Shown: piece by piece, positions 11,896 to 23,698 of the stretch
How positions within the stretch are numbered: position 1 is the stretch's first letter
Layout of the letters: each line of letters begins with the position of its first letter
Source: Saccostrea cucullata
Taxonomy: Eukaryota
NCBI RefSeq assembly: GCF_032062105.1
Contig: NW_026930622.1
Span: forward strand, 310,001-374,000
Direction: 5' to 3'
Length of the DNA stretch: 64,000 nt
Notes under the pieces: generated by a model
What the model was told of the DNA's origin: nothing
Seen by the model: the letters and a program-made list of their open reading frames with translations, nothing else
Databases searched by the model: none
Position numbers and translations under genes: made by a program

Positions 11896-13832
11896 CTATA
11901 TTGCTGGTCCATTTTACACACACTTGATTGTCTACATTTCTATATTGCTGGTCCATTTGACACACACTTGATTGTCTACATTTCTATATTGCTGGTCCAT
12001 TTGACACACACTTGATTGTCTACATTTCTACATTGCTGGTCCATTTAACACACACTTGATTGTCTACATTTCTACATTGCTGGTCCATTTGACACACACT
12101 TGATTGTCTACATTTCTACATTGCTGGTCCATTTGACACACACTTGATTGTCTACATTTCTACATTGCTGGTCCATTTAACACACACTTGATTGTCTACA
12201 TTTCTATATTGCTGGTCCATTTAACACACACTTGATTGTCTACATTTCTATATTGCTGGTCCATTTAACACACACTTGATTGTCTACATTTCTACATTGC
12301 TGGTCCATTTAACACACACTTGATTGTCTACATTTCTATATTGCTGGTCCATTAACACACACTTGATTGTCTACATTTCTATATTGCTGGTCCATTTAAC
12401 ACACACTTGATTGTCTACATTTCTATATTGCTGGTCCATTTGACACACACTTGATTGTCTACATTTCTACATTGCTGGTCCATTTGACACACACTTGATT
12501 GTCTACATTTCTACATTGCTGGTCCATTTGACACACACTTGATTGTCTACATTTCTACATTGCTGGTCCATTTGACACACACTTGATTGTCTACATTTCT
12601 ACATTGCTGGTCCATTTGACACACACTTGATTGTCTACATTTCTACATTGCTGGTCCATTTGACACACACTTGATTGTCTACATTTCTACATTGCTGGTC
12701 CATTTGACACACACTTGATTGTCTACATTTCTACATTGCTGGTCCATTTGACACACACTTGATTGTCTACATTTCTACATTGCTGGTCCATTTGACACAC
12801 ACTTGATTGTCTACATTTCTACATTGCTGGTCCATTTGACACACACTTGATTGTCTACATTTCTACATTGCTGGTCCATTTGACACACACTTGATTGTCT
12901 ACATTTCTACATTGCTGGTCCATTTGACACACACTAGATTGTCTACATTTCTACATTGCTGGTCCATTTGACACACACTTGATTGTCTACATTTCTACAT
13001 TGCTGGTCCATTTGACACACACTTGATTGTCTACATTTCTATATTGCTGGTCCATTTGACACACACTTGATTGTCTACATTTCTATATTGCTGGTCCATT
13101 TGACACACACTTGATTGTCTACATTTCTACATTGCTGGTCCATTTGACACACACTTGATTGTCTACATTTCTATATTGCTGGTCCATTTGACACACACTT
13201 GATTGTCTACATTTCTACATTGCTGGTCCATTTGACACACACTTGATTGTCTACATTTCTATATTGCTGGTCCATTTGACACACACTTGATTGTCTACAT
13301 TTCTATATTGCTGGTCCATTTGACACACACTTGATTGTCTACATTTCTATATTGCTGGTCCATTTGACACACACTTGATTGTCTACATTTCTACATTGCT
13401 GGTCCATTTTACACACACTTGATTGTCTACATTTCTATATTGCTGGTCCATTTGACACACACTTGATTGTCTACATTTCTATATTGCTGGTCCATTTTAC
13501 ACACACTTGATTGTCTACATTTCTACATTGCTGGTCCATTTGACACACACTTGATTGTCTACATTTCTATATTGCTGGTCCATTTGACACACACTTGATT
13601 GTCTACATTTCTACATTGCTGGTCCATTTTACACACACTTGATTGTCTACATTTCTACATTGCTGGTCCATTTGACACACACTTGATTGTCTACATTTCT
13701 ATATTGCTGGTCCATTTGACACACACTTGATTGTCTACATTTCTACATTGCTGGTCCATTTTACACACACTTGATTGTCTACATTTCTACATTGCTGGTC
13801 CATTTTACACACACTTGATTGTCTACATTTCT
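11896..13832. repeat. Minisatellite, 44-bp unit x ~44 copies
   Basis: Unit ATTGCTGGTCCATTTGACACACACTTGATTGTCTACATTTCTAY repeated head to tail with no spacers. Variation is essentially at two positions. Confidence 0.97.
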
Positions 13833-14013
13833 TTTCTTTCGTTTGCCCGATCAGAAGCACGCGTCAGATAAGACCTGTCGACAGGGGGCTTTTACTCCTT
13901 TATGGTACCTGATCTTACCCCTTCTGCTGTTAAGAGATCGGTGTTTGCTCGGCTACCGATCTGTTTGGTTTCAATGGAATTTTGAGCTTGATTTCTGTTC
14001 GTTACCTCCATAC
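13833..14013 (+). mobile_element. Penelope-like element 3' module (continuation after the minisatellite)
   Basis: Degenerate match to 7760-7930 (GTCGACAGGGGGCTTTTACTCCTTTATGGTACCTGATC...TGTTCGTTACCTCCAT). Confidence 0.65.
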
Positions 14014-14021
14014 TTCAATAG

Positions 14022-14134
14022 CACAGGGGCCAGTAACATGCTAAATTTGAATTTACGTATTGACTATACATATACAATTTGTATATGTATAGTCAATACG
14101 TAAATTCAAATTTAGCATGTTACTGGCCCCTGTG
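14022..14134. mobile_element. 113-bp fully palindromic MITE, CACAG ends, 8-bp TSD
   Basis: Essentially perfect inverted repeat CACAGGGGCCAGTAACATG...CATGTTACTGGCCCCTGTG, flanked by TTCAATAG at 14014-14021 and 14135-14142. Confidence 0.9.
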
Positions 14135-14724
14135 TTCAATAGGACACAAATTAAATCAATAAATGCTATATCCTTTAAATTCACTACATCTTAGAAATCG
14201 TTTTAACCATATTTTAAAAAATGTTGATTGGTCCCACCCAAAAATTTCGCTCTACCATAACTTTTTCATAGATGTATTCAAATTAAAACGTGTTTTACAC
14301 TGTATTTTAGTAAGTGAAAAAATATTTCTAACATAAAATAAGTACACCTGTTATATGTATATAATGTCTGGAAAGTGAAAAGGAAAACATCGATTTATAA
14401 ATGTGACCTTGTAAATGGTCTACTGGGATACATGTATTTTTTTTAAATATTCCAATACTGAAGTAAAGCTTTACCTTAGATTCAATTTTTATCTCAACAA
14501 TTTTTCGTATAAATCTACAACCGGTTTAAAAAATGGACAAACATTACGAAAAATGATCTAGAGTAAATGTAAATGTTTCCAAAAACACTTCAATCTGATC
14601 TTTTTTGGTATATTGATAAACAAATCCAAAACTCTCATTATAATCATTTAAGCTGTCAAACTGTCATGTGAAAATTATCATAATCTAGTATTGAAGAATT
14701 TGAAAGTAAATACCGGTATTTGAA

Positions 14725-15286
14725 TAGCTGCAAAACTGTAGCTCTCTGCTTGAGAAAATTCAGACAGATAAAGCAGAGAGCTACAGATCCAAGCGTTGTA
14801 AAAACATTCGATTTTCGCCGACGATTTTTTGTCGCTGCTTTAGGCATTTATTTTTTGTAGTTTAAGCTAATTTCTCTGGCTTTTAGAATGGTATCCTATA
14901 ATAATTGATATATTTAACTCTTATATTTGATACTTTATTTACCTTTTAATGGCCCGAAACAGTCCTGTAGGTACATGTATTTTTGTAATGTCGGTTTAAA
15001 AGAGTTTCATTTCGACGTCCCTAACTAGCCTACAAACAGCCATTTGTTAGCGTTGAGAGGTAAGTAAATGATCAGGAATTGAAGTTGAATGTATGATTAA
15101 TCATTAAATACCATTTAAAATTATTTGCAAAGCTGAAAAAAGTATCAAATACGCGAAAGAAAATACCGATAGTGAGCGACAAAAAATCGTCGGCGTAAAT
15201 TGTTGGTTTTTACAACGCTTGGATCTGTAGCTCTCTCCTTTATCTGTCCGAATTTTCTCAAGCAGAGAGCTACAGTTCTGCAGCTA
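14725..15286. mobile_element. MITE with ~110-bp terminal inverted repeats and 9-bp TSD (Mutator-like)
   Basis: TAGCTGCAAAACTGTAGCTCTCTGCTTGAGAAAATTC... is mirrored at 15175-15286. GTATTTGAA occurs at 14716-14724 and, after removing the SINE, at 15646-15654. Confidence 0.8.
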
Positions 15287-15294
15287 GTATTTGA

Positions 15295-15328
15295 TTGATT
15301 GATTGATTGTATATTGTTTAACGTCCCT

Positions 15329-15362
<34 letters not shown>

Positions 15363-15640
15363 GTATGCCGGTGAAGGGCTTCAAATTTTTTTACTCGGCA
15401 CTCAGGGCCATTGAGCAGTGAGGGATCTTAATCGTGCCAACGCCTGCCGCTGACACGGGGCCTCGGTTTTTAAGGTCTCATCCGAAGGACCCGCAACTTT
15501 CACTTCAAAGTGCCGAGCGCATGGCGAAGGAACAGTAACTACCCATTTTAACGACTAGGTCAGTCGCTGCCGAGATAAGAACACACAACCTTCCGGTTAC
15601 GGAGCAAGCGCTCTACCGACTGAGCTACCGCGTGAACGGT
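15295..15640 (-). mobile_element. tRNA-derived SINE with Meta-like and Deu-like core domains and (CAAT)n tail
   Basis: - strand head GGTAGCTCAGTCGGTAGAGCG (A box). Core TAAAATGGGTAGTTACTGTTCCTTCGCC and CGGATGAGACCTTAAAAACCGAGGCCCCGTGT. Simple-repeat tail and 13-bp TSD AGCTAGTATTTGA (15282-15294 / 15641-15653). Confidence 0.85.
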
Positions 15641-15769
15641 AGCTAGTATTTGAATAAATGTACATGAAATAATTTTATTTTTACTAGAAGATATACGGGA
15701 TGATAAGTAACACCGGGGTATTTTGTGATCAATTAATTTTTTTTTAAAGAAATGAACGAAAGTATAAAA

Positions 15770-16415
15770 TTCTGTAAACTCTTTATTTTTCGCGAGTACC
15801 TTTTATCGCGAACTTGCACTTTAACGTCAAATCGCGAGAATTATAATTCGCGAATGGATACTTGACCAATAATATGTTGACGGTGCGACCGTTAGAGCGA
15901 GCGCAAACTCTTCTATTGTTTTGATTTAGATCGGGTTCGTCAAACCGCACGTGACATTTGGTGCTTCTAGACTCTGACGTCACATGACGTCGTATGTAAG
16001 TCACAAATACCAAGAAAAAACTGAACAGTGCTGAAAGTTAATGAAAAAAGTTACATTTACAATTTATCTTCAATATGTATCCATTTAATCAAGGCGAGTA
16101 AACTTTTTGTTGAACATTTGCCGTCATTCTCGCGAGAACGCAGCTTTGCTTAAGTGATGCATTATGGGTCAAAATTACCGTGGCAAAAAATTCTAAAGAA
16201 TGAATGTGCAGTAGTCCGAATTTTCTCTTCGCCCAGGCGTTGTCGTTAGAGCTCGCAGTTACGAGAGTCGCTTCGCGACGCTCGCTGCGCTCGCTATAAT
16301 TTAAATGGATTTCAGCAGCCTAAAAATAAAAGCGAGTAATATTAATTCGCGAGTGATGCTTCTCGCGAAATGACGCGGAAATGAATTCCTCGCGTATAAT
16401 CAGGAATCTACAGTA
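15770..16415. mobile_element. Tc1/mariner-pogo-like MITE (CTGTA..TACAG ends)
   Basis: Left CTGTAAACTCTTTATTTTTCGCGAG versus right CTCGCGTATAATCAGGAATCTACAG-TA; repeated subterminal TCGCGA motifs. Confidence 0.55.
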
Positions 16416-17399
16416 TCAAACTGAATGTAGAGATAATTGTAATATTCTGGAGAGATATATTTATATTCTGCAGATTTTCTGCAGATTTATACTGAAAATT
16501 CTTATTTTTACCAATATTCTGTTTTGTTTCTTGAACATTGTCAAAAATGCAACGTGTTTCCATAAATTACCTTTCATTATATGAAATTAACAACGATCGT
16601 AGAAATAACTAAAACTAATATAAATTATGGGAAAATGTATATATAACATAATTTTTCCTTGCTTAAAATTGTTTTTACGTTCAACCTTATGAGTATATAT
16701 GAACAATCTTTTAAATTATAACAACAGTAGTTCTCCATTAGAATATATTTGTCAAATTTTGCCTTTAAACTTTCAGAGCAGTCCTGTTTTAATTAATAAT
16801 TACATTTCTGCATATTTACTGCGCAAATTAAAGTAAAACTTTACTTATAGAAAAAAGTAAGTACTTTTAAACCATTGTATGGGGTCTGTACAATGTAAAA
16901 GGGTAGGGAATACACTGTATCAATATTGTTTTAATGATTGCCAAAGTGTTTACTGCAATGGTGTTATGAATACAGCAAAATAAAAACCAAAGACATAATA
17001 GGGATAGGAAAAAATGACCAATATTTCGTTCTTTCTTAGGTCAATATTTTTCCTCTCACCTATTCATCAAAAAATTCTCTGGATTAGTGAACTTGAACAG
17101 GTTTCAAGAGATTAAATTTAAATCATATGTACATGATCATGTTGAAATACTGAACCAAATTTAAATAGGAGATTACGAAGAAATCTATGCCTCGCATTCT
17201 CTGCAACAATTGTGTTTTACTTCAAGTAATACGATTATTACAAAAGCTGGCTTTGGGAGACGAACTAATAAGGTCAGGGGAGAGGTGTACACTAATAGAA
17301 CAGTCACATTTATATATATGAAGAGACTTTACAGATAATATGTGACAGAAAGTGACATTGAAAATCAAAGAAAATTGGTATAGAGTGAGATTTTTCAAA

Positions 17400-18895
17400 A
17401 TGGCATTTGGAAATTGCGCTCTGTTTTTCTTTTGGTCTTTAATTATTGCGGTGAATGGAGCGAATTTTCCGTCTGGATGTTCATACCATGATGAAGTGGA
17501 CTCGGTTCATCTCTACAAATGTACATATGGATCCGTCACCTTACCTCTAACATACAGTACGTTCAGCGACCCCTTACCACAATGGATTCAAATTACCAAA
17601 ATCAACGGCAACATGAATGCAGGATCCTTTACTGGGTTTGGATCCTATGACACGACAAAACTGAGCCACGACAAAAACCCAACACTTCAGCTCTTCTGCA
17701 CAACAGGAGGTTCGTTAAATTTACAATCTACATCTTTTGATACCTTAGGATATATCCAAGAAGTTGAAATTTCAAACTGTAATGTCAACCTTCCCGCCAA
17801 TGTCTTCTCGCCGTTTGGAACTCTGAATAGATTGACAATAAGCGGAGGGACCTTAACTCTGAATGCCGCTACCTTTGAGGGACTGACGATAGCACCAATT
17901 GACAAGTATGCCGACCCCGCAGGAGAACTTACAATCAAAGATTTGACCCTAAGTGGAGGGTTTCCAACAAACGTTTTTACACCCATCAATCAAACAAGAT
18001 CCATCCGAGTAGAAAATGTTGGACTGACATTCATTAATGAAACAGTTTTCTCTGCCAACACTGGTTTACACTCGCTCTCTCTGAAGGGCAATCCAATAGT
18101 CGATACCATCCCAACTACCTTCTTCAATGGACTTGATGGTTTGGTTCTTTTTGACCAGACTTCTATCCAGTGGACATGTACGTGCGATAACGTGTGGTGG
18201 TGGCCGAAAGCAAGTCTGAAAAATATCACGATCCAGGGTCCTGCCATCTGCACCGGCCCTGCTGACGTTGCTGGTGAGTAACTTTCTTTGTTGAGATAGA
18301 AATGTTTATTTAGGTATCTTGTCTCTTGCAATCCTGCTCTTGCTGCTTTTACATAACATTAAGCCTTTTTCTAGTAAATAAAATCTTTATCAATGTTTAT
18401 TTCAGGTACTCTTGTCGGGAAATATTATGATCAGAACTGCGTGACAACCAGTATATGTGGAGACACCATGGGTAAAATAGTAGATACCTTAAATAAGATT
18501 TGTTGTTGACAATAAAAACAGAAAATTGTAAATCATCTTTAGAAAAAAAATCAAACACTGCTATACTAAACTAAACGTATGACAAATTTCTTCTTTCAAG
18601 ACATCTTCCAGTCCATTTTTCATAGACTACATTTCCTTTTCTTCCAGGTGTGGCTATAGGGAACACTTGCCTCCCTCTAGGACATCTGGTCGGATTCGGT
18701 CTTATATTTGCTATGCTAATCATATGTATCGTATCACTTGCTTGTATCTTACACATGAGGAAAAATGCTCTGGCTGGCCCAGTCAAAAAGACAAGAAAAG
18801 GACCCCCACCACCAGGAGCCAAAAACAAAAAGGGTGGGGCTGGCGGCGGTGGTGCTGGTGAAAAGAAACAAAGAAGAGGGAGCGGATGGGTCTGA
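17400..18895 (+). CDS. LRR type I membrane protein paralog 4 (exons 17400-18273, 18406-18471, 18648-18895; 395 aa)
   Basis: ATG 17400 starts MAFGNCALFFFWSLIIAVNG. Motifs PSGC..YKC and PLPQWIQI, LRRs, WTCTCDNVWW. Mini-exon GTLVGKYYDQNCVTTSICGDTMG, TM exon, Lys/Pro/Gly-rich tail ending GWV. Spliced length 1188 nt. Confidence 0.92.
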
Positions 18896-19619
18896 AATGA
18901 AACGATGCTCAAGCAACCAAAAATGAACTAATATCTATTTAACAAAAGACTTCAACCGACCATTATATAAATAAAATGATGATTGTACCATAAATTCCAT
19001 GCCGTTTTGTATAAAAATGTCGTACATACTGTTAAATCCACCCGGTTGCCTAAATTGTTATTCACTGTAGTAAGTGTACTCTTTAACATCCAGCCAAATA
19101 TTTATTAAATTGTTTTCCTTTGACTTTTTAATTTTTATAAGTTTTTGTTTAAGTTTTTTTTTATTACACGTAATTCCTACACACAGGATCAATCAGACTG
19201 GACCAAGTTTGAAGAACTTTTTGTCGTTTTCCGCGATTTGAATTGATCTATTAAGTTTACAATGTACATGTATAAACATTGCTAATTTTTTGCTTAACAT
19301 TCATTTGCTGATCCTATGTGCTCTCATCCAGGAATAAAAAAAAATACATGAGCTATAAAAAGTGTGTTTAATGATAATATATACATTTAGGTGTTTTTAA
19401 GAACTTGAACGGGGTTCATTTATTTTAAAGAAAAGGAAACCTTTTAATAGTGGAAGAATTATTTTCTTTCGAAAAATTGGCAAACTAGTTTGAAGAAAAG
19501 CATACTATTCAAACACGTTGATTTTGAGGATATCTCATAGATGTTTTGTACATTTAAGATTTGGGCTTTGAGATGTCAGGTGACACATCTGTTTCAAGTT
19601 TTGATTTAATTAGAAATTG

Positions 19620-19705
19620 AAATATATGGAGATAACGAACAGTATTCAAGCTCAAATGTCCTTTAAACAGTACAAAGTTTGGAGCAGAGCAAACACGGAC
19701 CTTAG
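19620..19705 (-). mobile_element. Penelope-like 3' end remnant
   Basis: ATGGAGATAACGAACAGTATTCAA...GGAGCAGAGCAAACACGGACC is the reverse complement of 7853-7925. Confidence 0.6.
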
Positions 19706-22172
19706 GGGTGGCACATGCATCAGGTATCAAATTTCTGTATAGAAAACAAAATTGTCACACTAGCCATCTTCGATTTTCGAGGGTGCATCGGTTCATACTT
19801 TATTTATGTCAAAAATCTAGATCTACTCTTATCAGCCCGTTTCCGATGATATATAGCCTCAGAAATGATTTAATAACTCCCTTCTATCGTTTGTCGATTT
19901 ATGATGATTGACAAAGAACAAGGTACGGTTTCCATAGAAATCTTGCCCCGTGATTTTCTTAAAAATGAAAGTGGTGTAAAAGATGAAAACTCATGCTTTT
20001 TGAATCATTGAAATTCCATGCTGAAATATCATACAAATCATTTTTCTCACATGTGCTTCTAAATGCTAATTGTGACGTCAAATCATGTGCATTTTCACGT
20101 ATTTTCTTAAAAAGTTGCAGAAGACACTCGGAATTTTCATTTAGACAATATTGTTGTCCACAGGCATCGTCCACAAAGATTTTGAGATATGTGATTTTTT
20201 TATTGACTTTTGCACAACATATCAAAAAATTAAAAAGGGCGACGACTGTGGACACTATTTTCTAAAGGAAAATTACCCTTGCAAGGGGCCATTTTAAGGC
20301 TTTTTCCGTTTAAAATAGAGAAATGTGTCACATTAATGACGTCATATTTGAAGAATGGTAATCTTTCATGCCATATTCTTTCTTGATTTATCATAGTCAT
20401 GTACTTAGCTAATATTTGAGCCAGTTTCAAAACTTTTTGATGACATTAAAAATTTAGGGCTTCTTTCTGATTTAATATTTCATTACACAAGTGTTTCCTA
20501 GTATACCGGTAGATAAAGGGGCATACACACAAACATTACCATATTGTTTATAATTTCAAATTTCTCTGCCAGTATTTAGAAAATAAAACATTATATATTT
20601 AAGTGAAAGAGTTTTAAAAGACCATATCTTTCTTTCCTCATCACAATTATACAACTTTAAATAATAATGGTAAATTGTGTTCGAAAACTATCAGGGACTT
20701 TTTTTCTGGCGGAATGGTGGCGTATGAAAATATCCTCTTTTCTGCTTCTCAAAACTATTATAGAACTACGGATTTAATTAGTAATGATTTTTACACAATC
20801 AAAGACTAGAATAATTTTTCAAATGTTAGCTAACTTGATAATAAGGAGCTAAAGTTTTAAAATATATCAAATAAATATGAATTTCCAAACAATTTACAAT
20901 TATGTTAGCTTTTAAAAGCTTCAACTTTAAGTACAGATAGGTGCAAAAAAGCCATAGAAAGTGTTTTTACTCTCTTACTAAACGGTCAAAACTTTTTGTT
21001 TTTTGTATCATTTTGTATCTCCATATGACTGCTTTACCATATGTGAAAATAAGAAAAATTTAAATATAGGGCGCATATAAAAATAACTTAAATATCTAAA
21101 CAAAAAAATTAAGAAAAACAGAGGAAATTCGGATTAGCGAAAATCCATTTTTTTAAACTATTTGTGTCAATTTGGTAATATCATCTTATAGATCCTATAT
21201 GGAAATATCTTTATATGCAAAAAGGAAACCGTTTAATCTTTTAGAATAGAAGACCTATCTCATGATTGGATGCAGTTATTTTTATTCTTAATGACCAGGG
21301 AAAAGGTAATGATCTTGACCTGACCTTGACTCTAATATGAAGCGGTCAAAACTAATCTAACTAATCTAACTAATACCATCACTTAGTAATATTGTCTTCT
21401 TAATTCTGTAAAAATTTAATTAATTTTAAATACAAGAAATACAGGTTTGTGTGAGAAGAATCCTATACCTTAAATGAAAATACTTAATACATATATAAAC
21501 TAATAATTAATTGAAACATGCATCTCTGTTCCAGCTGTGTTATTGTGTAAGTAAGCATTTTAGTTTGAACGAACATTTTTTTTCCTGGCAGGATGGCAAT
21601 CACACACTGATGAATTTCGTAATATTTTTAATTTTACAAAATAAATGCAATATTTCAATCGGACTTTTCAATTGATATATCAGACAATCAACTTAGTATA
21701 TACATGTACTAATGAATGTAATTTGCCGAAAGTAATTATAGCTATGTTTTCAGATTAATTTTTTTTTTTTGAAAAAGGGGTTATTATAAATTTCAAATAC
21801 ATCAGTTCTAATAATTCATTCTTGTATATGTATTCCACGTTTATATGCTTTTTGGGTAATATTTAACAAACTACTGAAAATTTTGAAATTTCAGATTTCG
21901 AAAGAAATCGGTGCGAACTTCTTTTAAATCATCACGATATACTTTTACACCTGATATAAGTGTTCCGTTCGAAACATAATCCAAAATTTCTTGTAAAAAT
22001 ATTGAGAGCATTTTAATCGTTTTATTTTGTGATCGATAATGGAGATTATTGAACTTACATATGAAGATTAGCCTAAAATGAAATGAAATATTGGCACTGG
22101 TTTGCGATCTCAGATTGGGGTTAAAGGGAACTCTACACAAAGAAAGCAAGCGCGGAAAGCAGACCAGCTAAA

Positions 22173-23698
22173 ATGGCGGCTGGGAAGAGGTTCTGCCTTT
22201 TCCTGGGATTCTTAACAATTACAACCATCCAAGGAAATCCTGCCACCTGCTCGGAGAAGACTGGGAACTACGACAGCGTCCGTCCTGTCCGATGTACTCT
22301 ACCAGGAGGAGGGACACTGTCAAACACGTTTTCCACGTTCTCCTGGCAGAGACTAGAGATGGTCGAGTATCAAACGGGTGTCCAGGCGAGTCAGTTCTCG
22401 GGATTTTCTTCCGCTTCTACCGCCTCCTTTGATTCATCTTATTCACACTCGCTCACCATTATCTGTAAACCTGGGATCACCTCGTTTACTGTTGCTGCCA
22501 ATTCATTTTCTCAGTTCCCCACCCTCCAGGTGTTGGAGTTTCAGGATTGCCCCATCACGTCCATTCCCGCCAACGCCTTCCCTAATCACTTCTTGGATCA
22601 TTTAATTTTCACTGGCGCGAAAATCGACTCTATTGATGCTGATGCTTTTATTGGTCTAAACATAAGCAGACTCTCTATTCCTGGAGCAGTTGGTGGTATA
22701 ACCATCAACAGTGCCCTTACTGCAGGCCTTCCAGAAACAGTATTCGACAACCTGACGTCTATGGAATATCTAGCCGTTAATGGTGCCAATCTGAACACCC
22801 TCACTGTCGGCCATGTTGGAAGTCTGGCTAACCTCAAGTATCTGATTCTTAAAGACAACGCTCTCACTAACATTACTACCGGTATCTTTACAAACATGAA
22901 GAGCCTGTCCTATGTGGATCTATCGAATAACAAGTTTACCTGCACTTGTAACGATCTGTGGTTCCTACAGTACACAGCTGAGAACCACATCAATCTTCTC
23001 GGAGGGCCTCTGTGTGGAACCCCCGCTTCTCATGACAGTAAGTTGTCGGTTATGTCATGAATAAAATTCTCTGTAATACCATCAGATATTTAGGCATTTA
23101 TCTTTTTTATTGTGATTTCAGCAAAGAGGGCGACGATGTATTATTCAGAAATATGTGCTACAGCAGATGTGTGTGGTAATACTGTCGGTGAGTAATGCTT
23201 AGAACTATCGTGTTCTAGATTTGAATTTACCGAAATGAGGGTAAATACAAAATATAGAACAAGATATCATGTCCAGAAAGTGCATAAATTCAAACATCCA
23301 GGAGTAATTAAATCCATATACTAATATTTCGTCAAAAAAGATCTTCATCGCTATACGGTGACGTCTCTATATCACTGAAAAATAAGAGCATATATTAAAG
23401 CAATGAAGATATTTTCTATACTATAAAGGAATTATTAATCTCTGTAATTTTAGGAGTGGCTATGGGAAGTAGCTGCATGGCACTATACCAACTGATGAGC
23501 TTCATTTTGCTCCTAATCATCCTGGTTCTTTCTTGCTTGGCACTTGGCTGTATCTGCAAGACCAGAAAAGAACTAACAAGAGTACAGAGAAGAATGAAGA
23601 ACAAACGGGCAAGCTCTTGGAACAGGGTACAGGAAGCTATGAAACAACGGAGCGGAGCAAAACAAAAACCACCAGTCGGCAAAAACGGATGGATCTAA
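22173..23698 (+). CDS. LRR type I membrane protein paralog 5 (exons 22173-23037, 23122-23187, 23454-23698; 391 aa)
   Basis: Signal peptide, SWQRLE, LRRs (LKYLILKDNALTNI, LSYVDLSNNKF), CTCNDLWF..PLC. Mini-exon TKRATMYYSEICATADVCGNTVG, TM helix, tail ending GWI. Spliced length 1176 nt. Confidence 0.92.

Noticed and set aside
11896-13832. CRISPR-like array
   Set aside because: Units are contiguous and near-identical with no unique spacers, there are no cas genes, and the context is eukaryotic.
15560-15640. Second tRNA gene
   Set aside because: It is the SINE head: degenerate B box, no acceptor stem, and continuous with the SINE body, tail and TSD.
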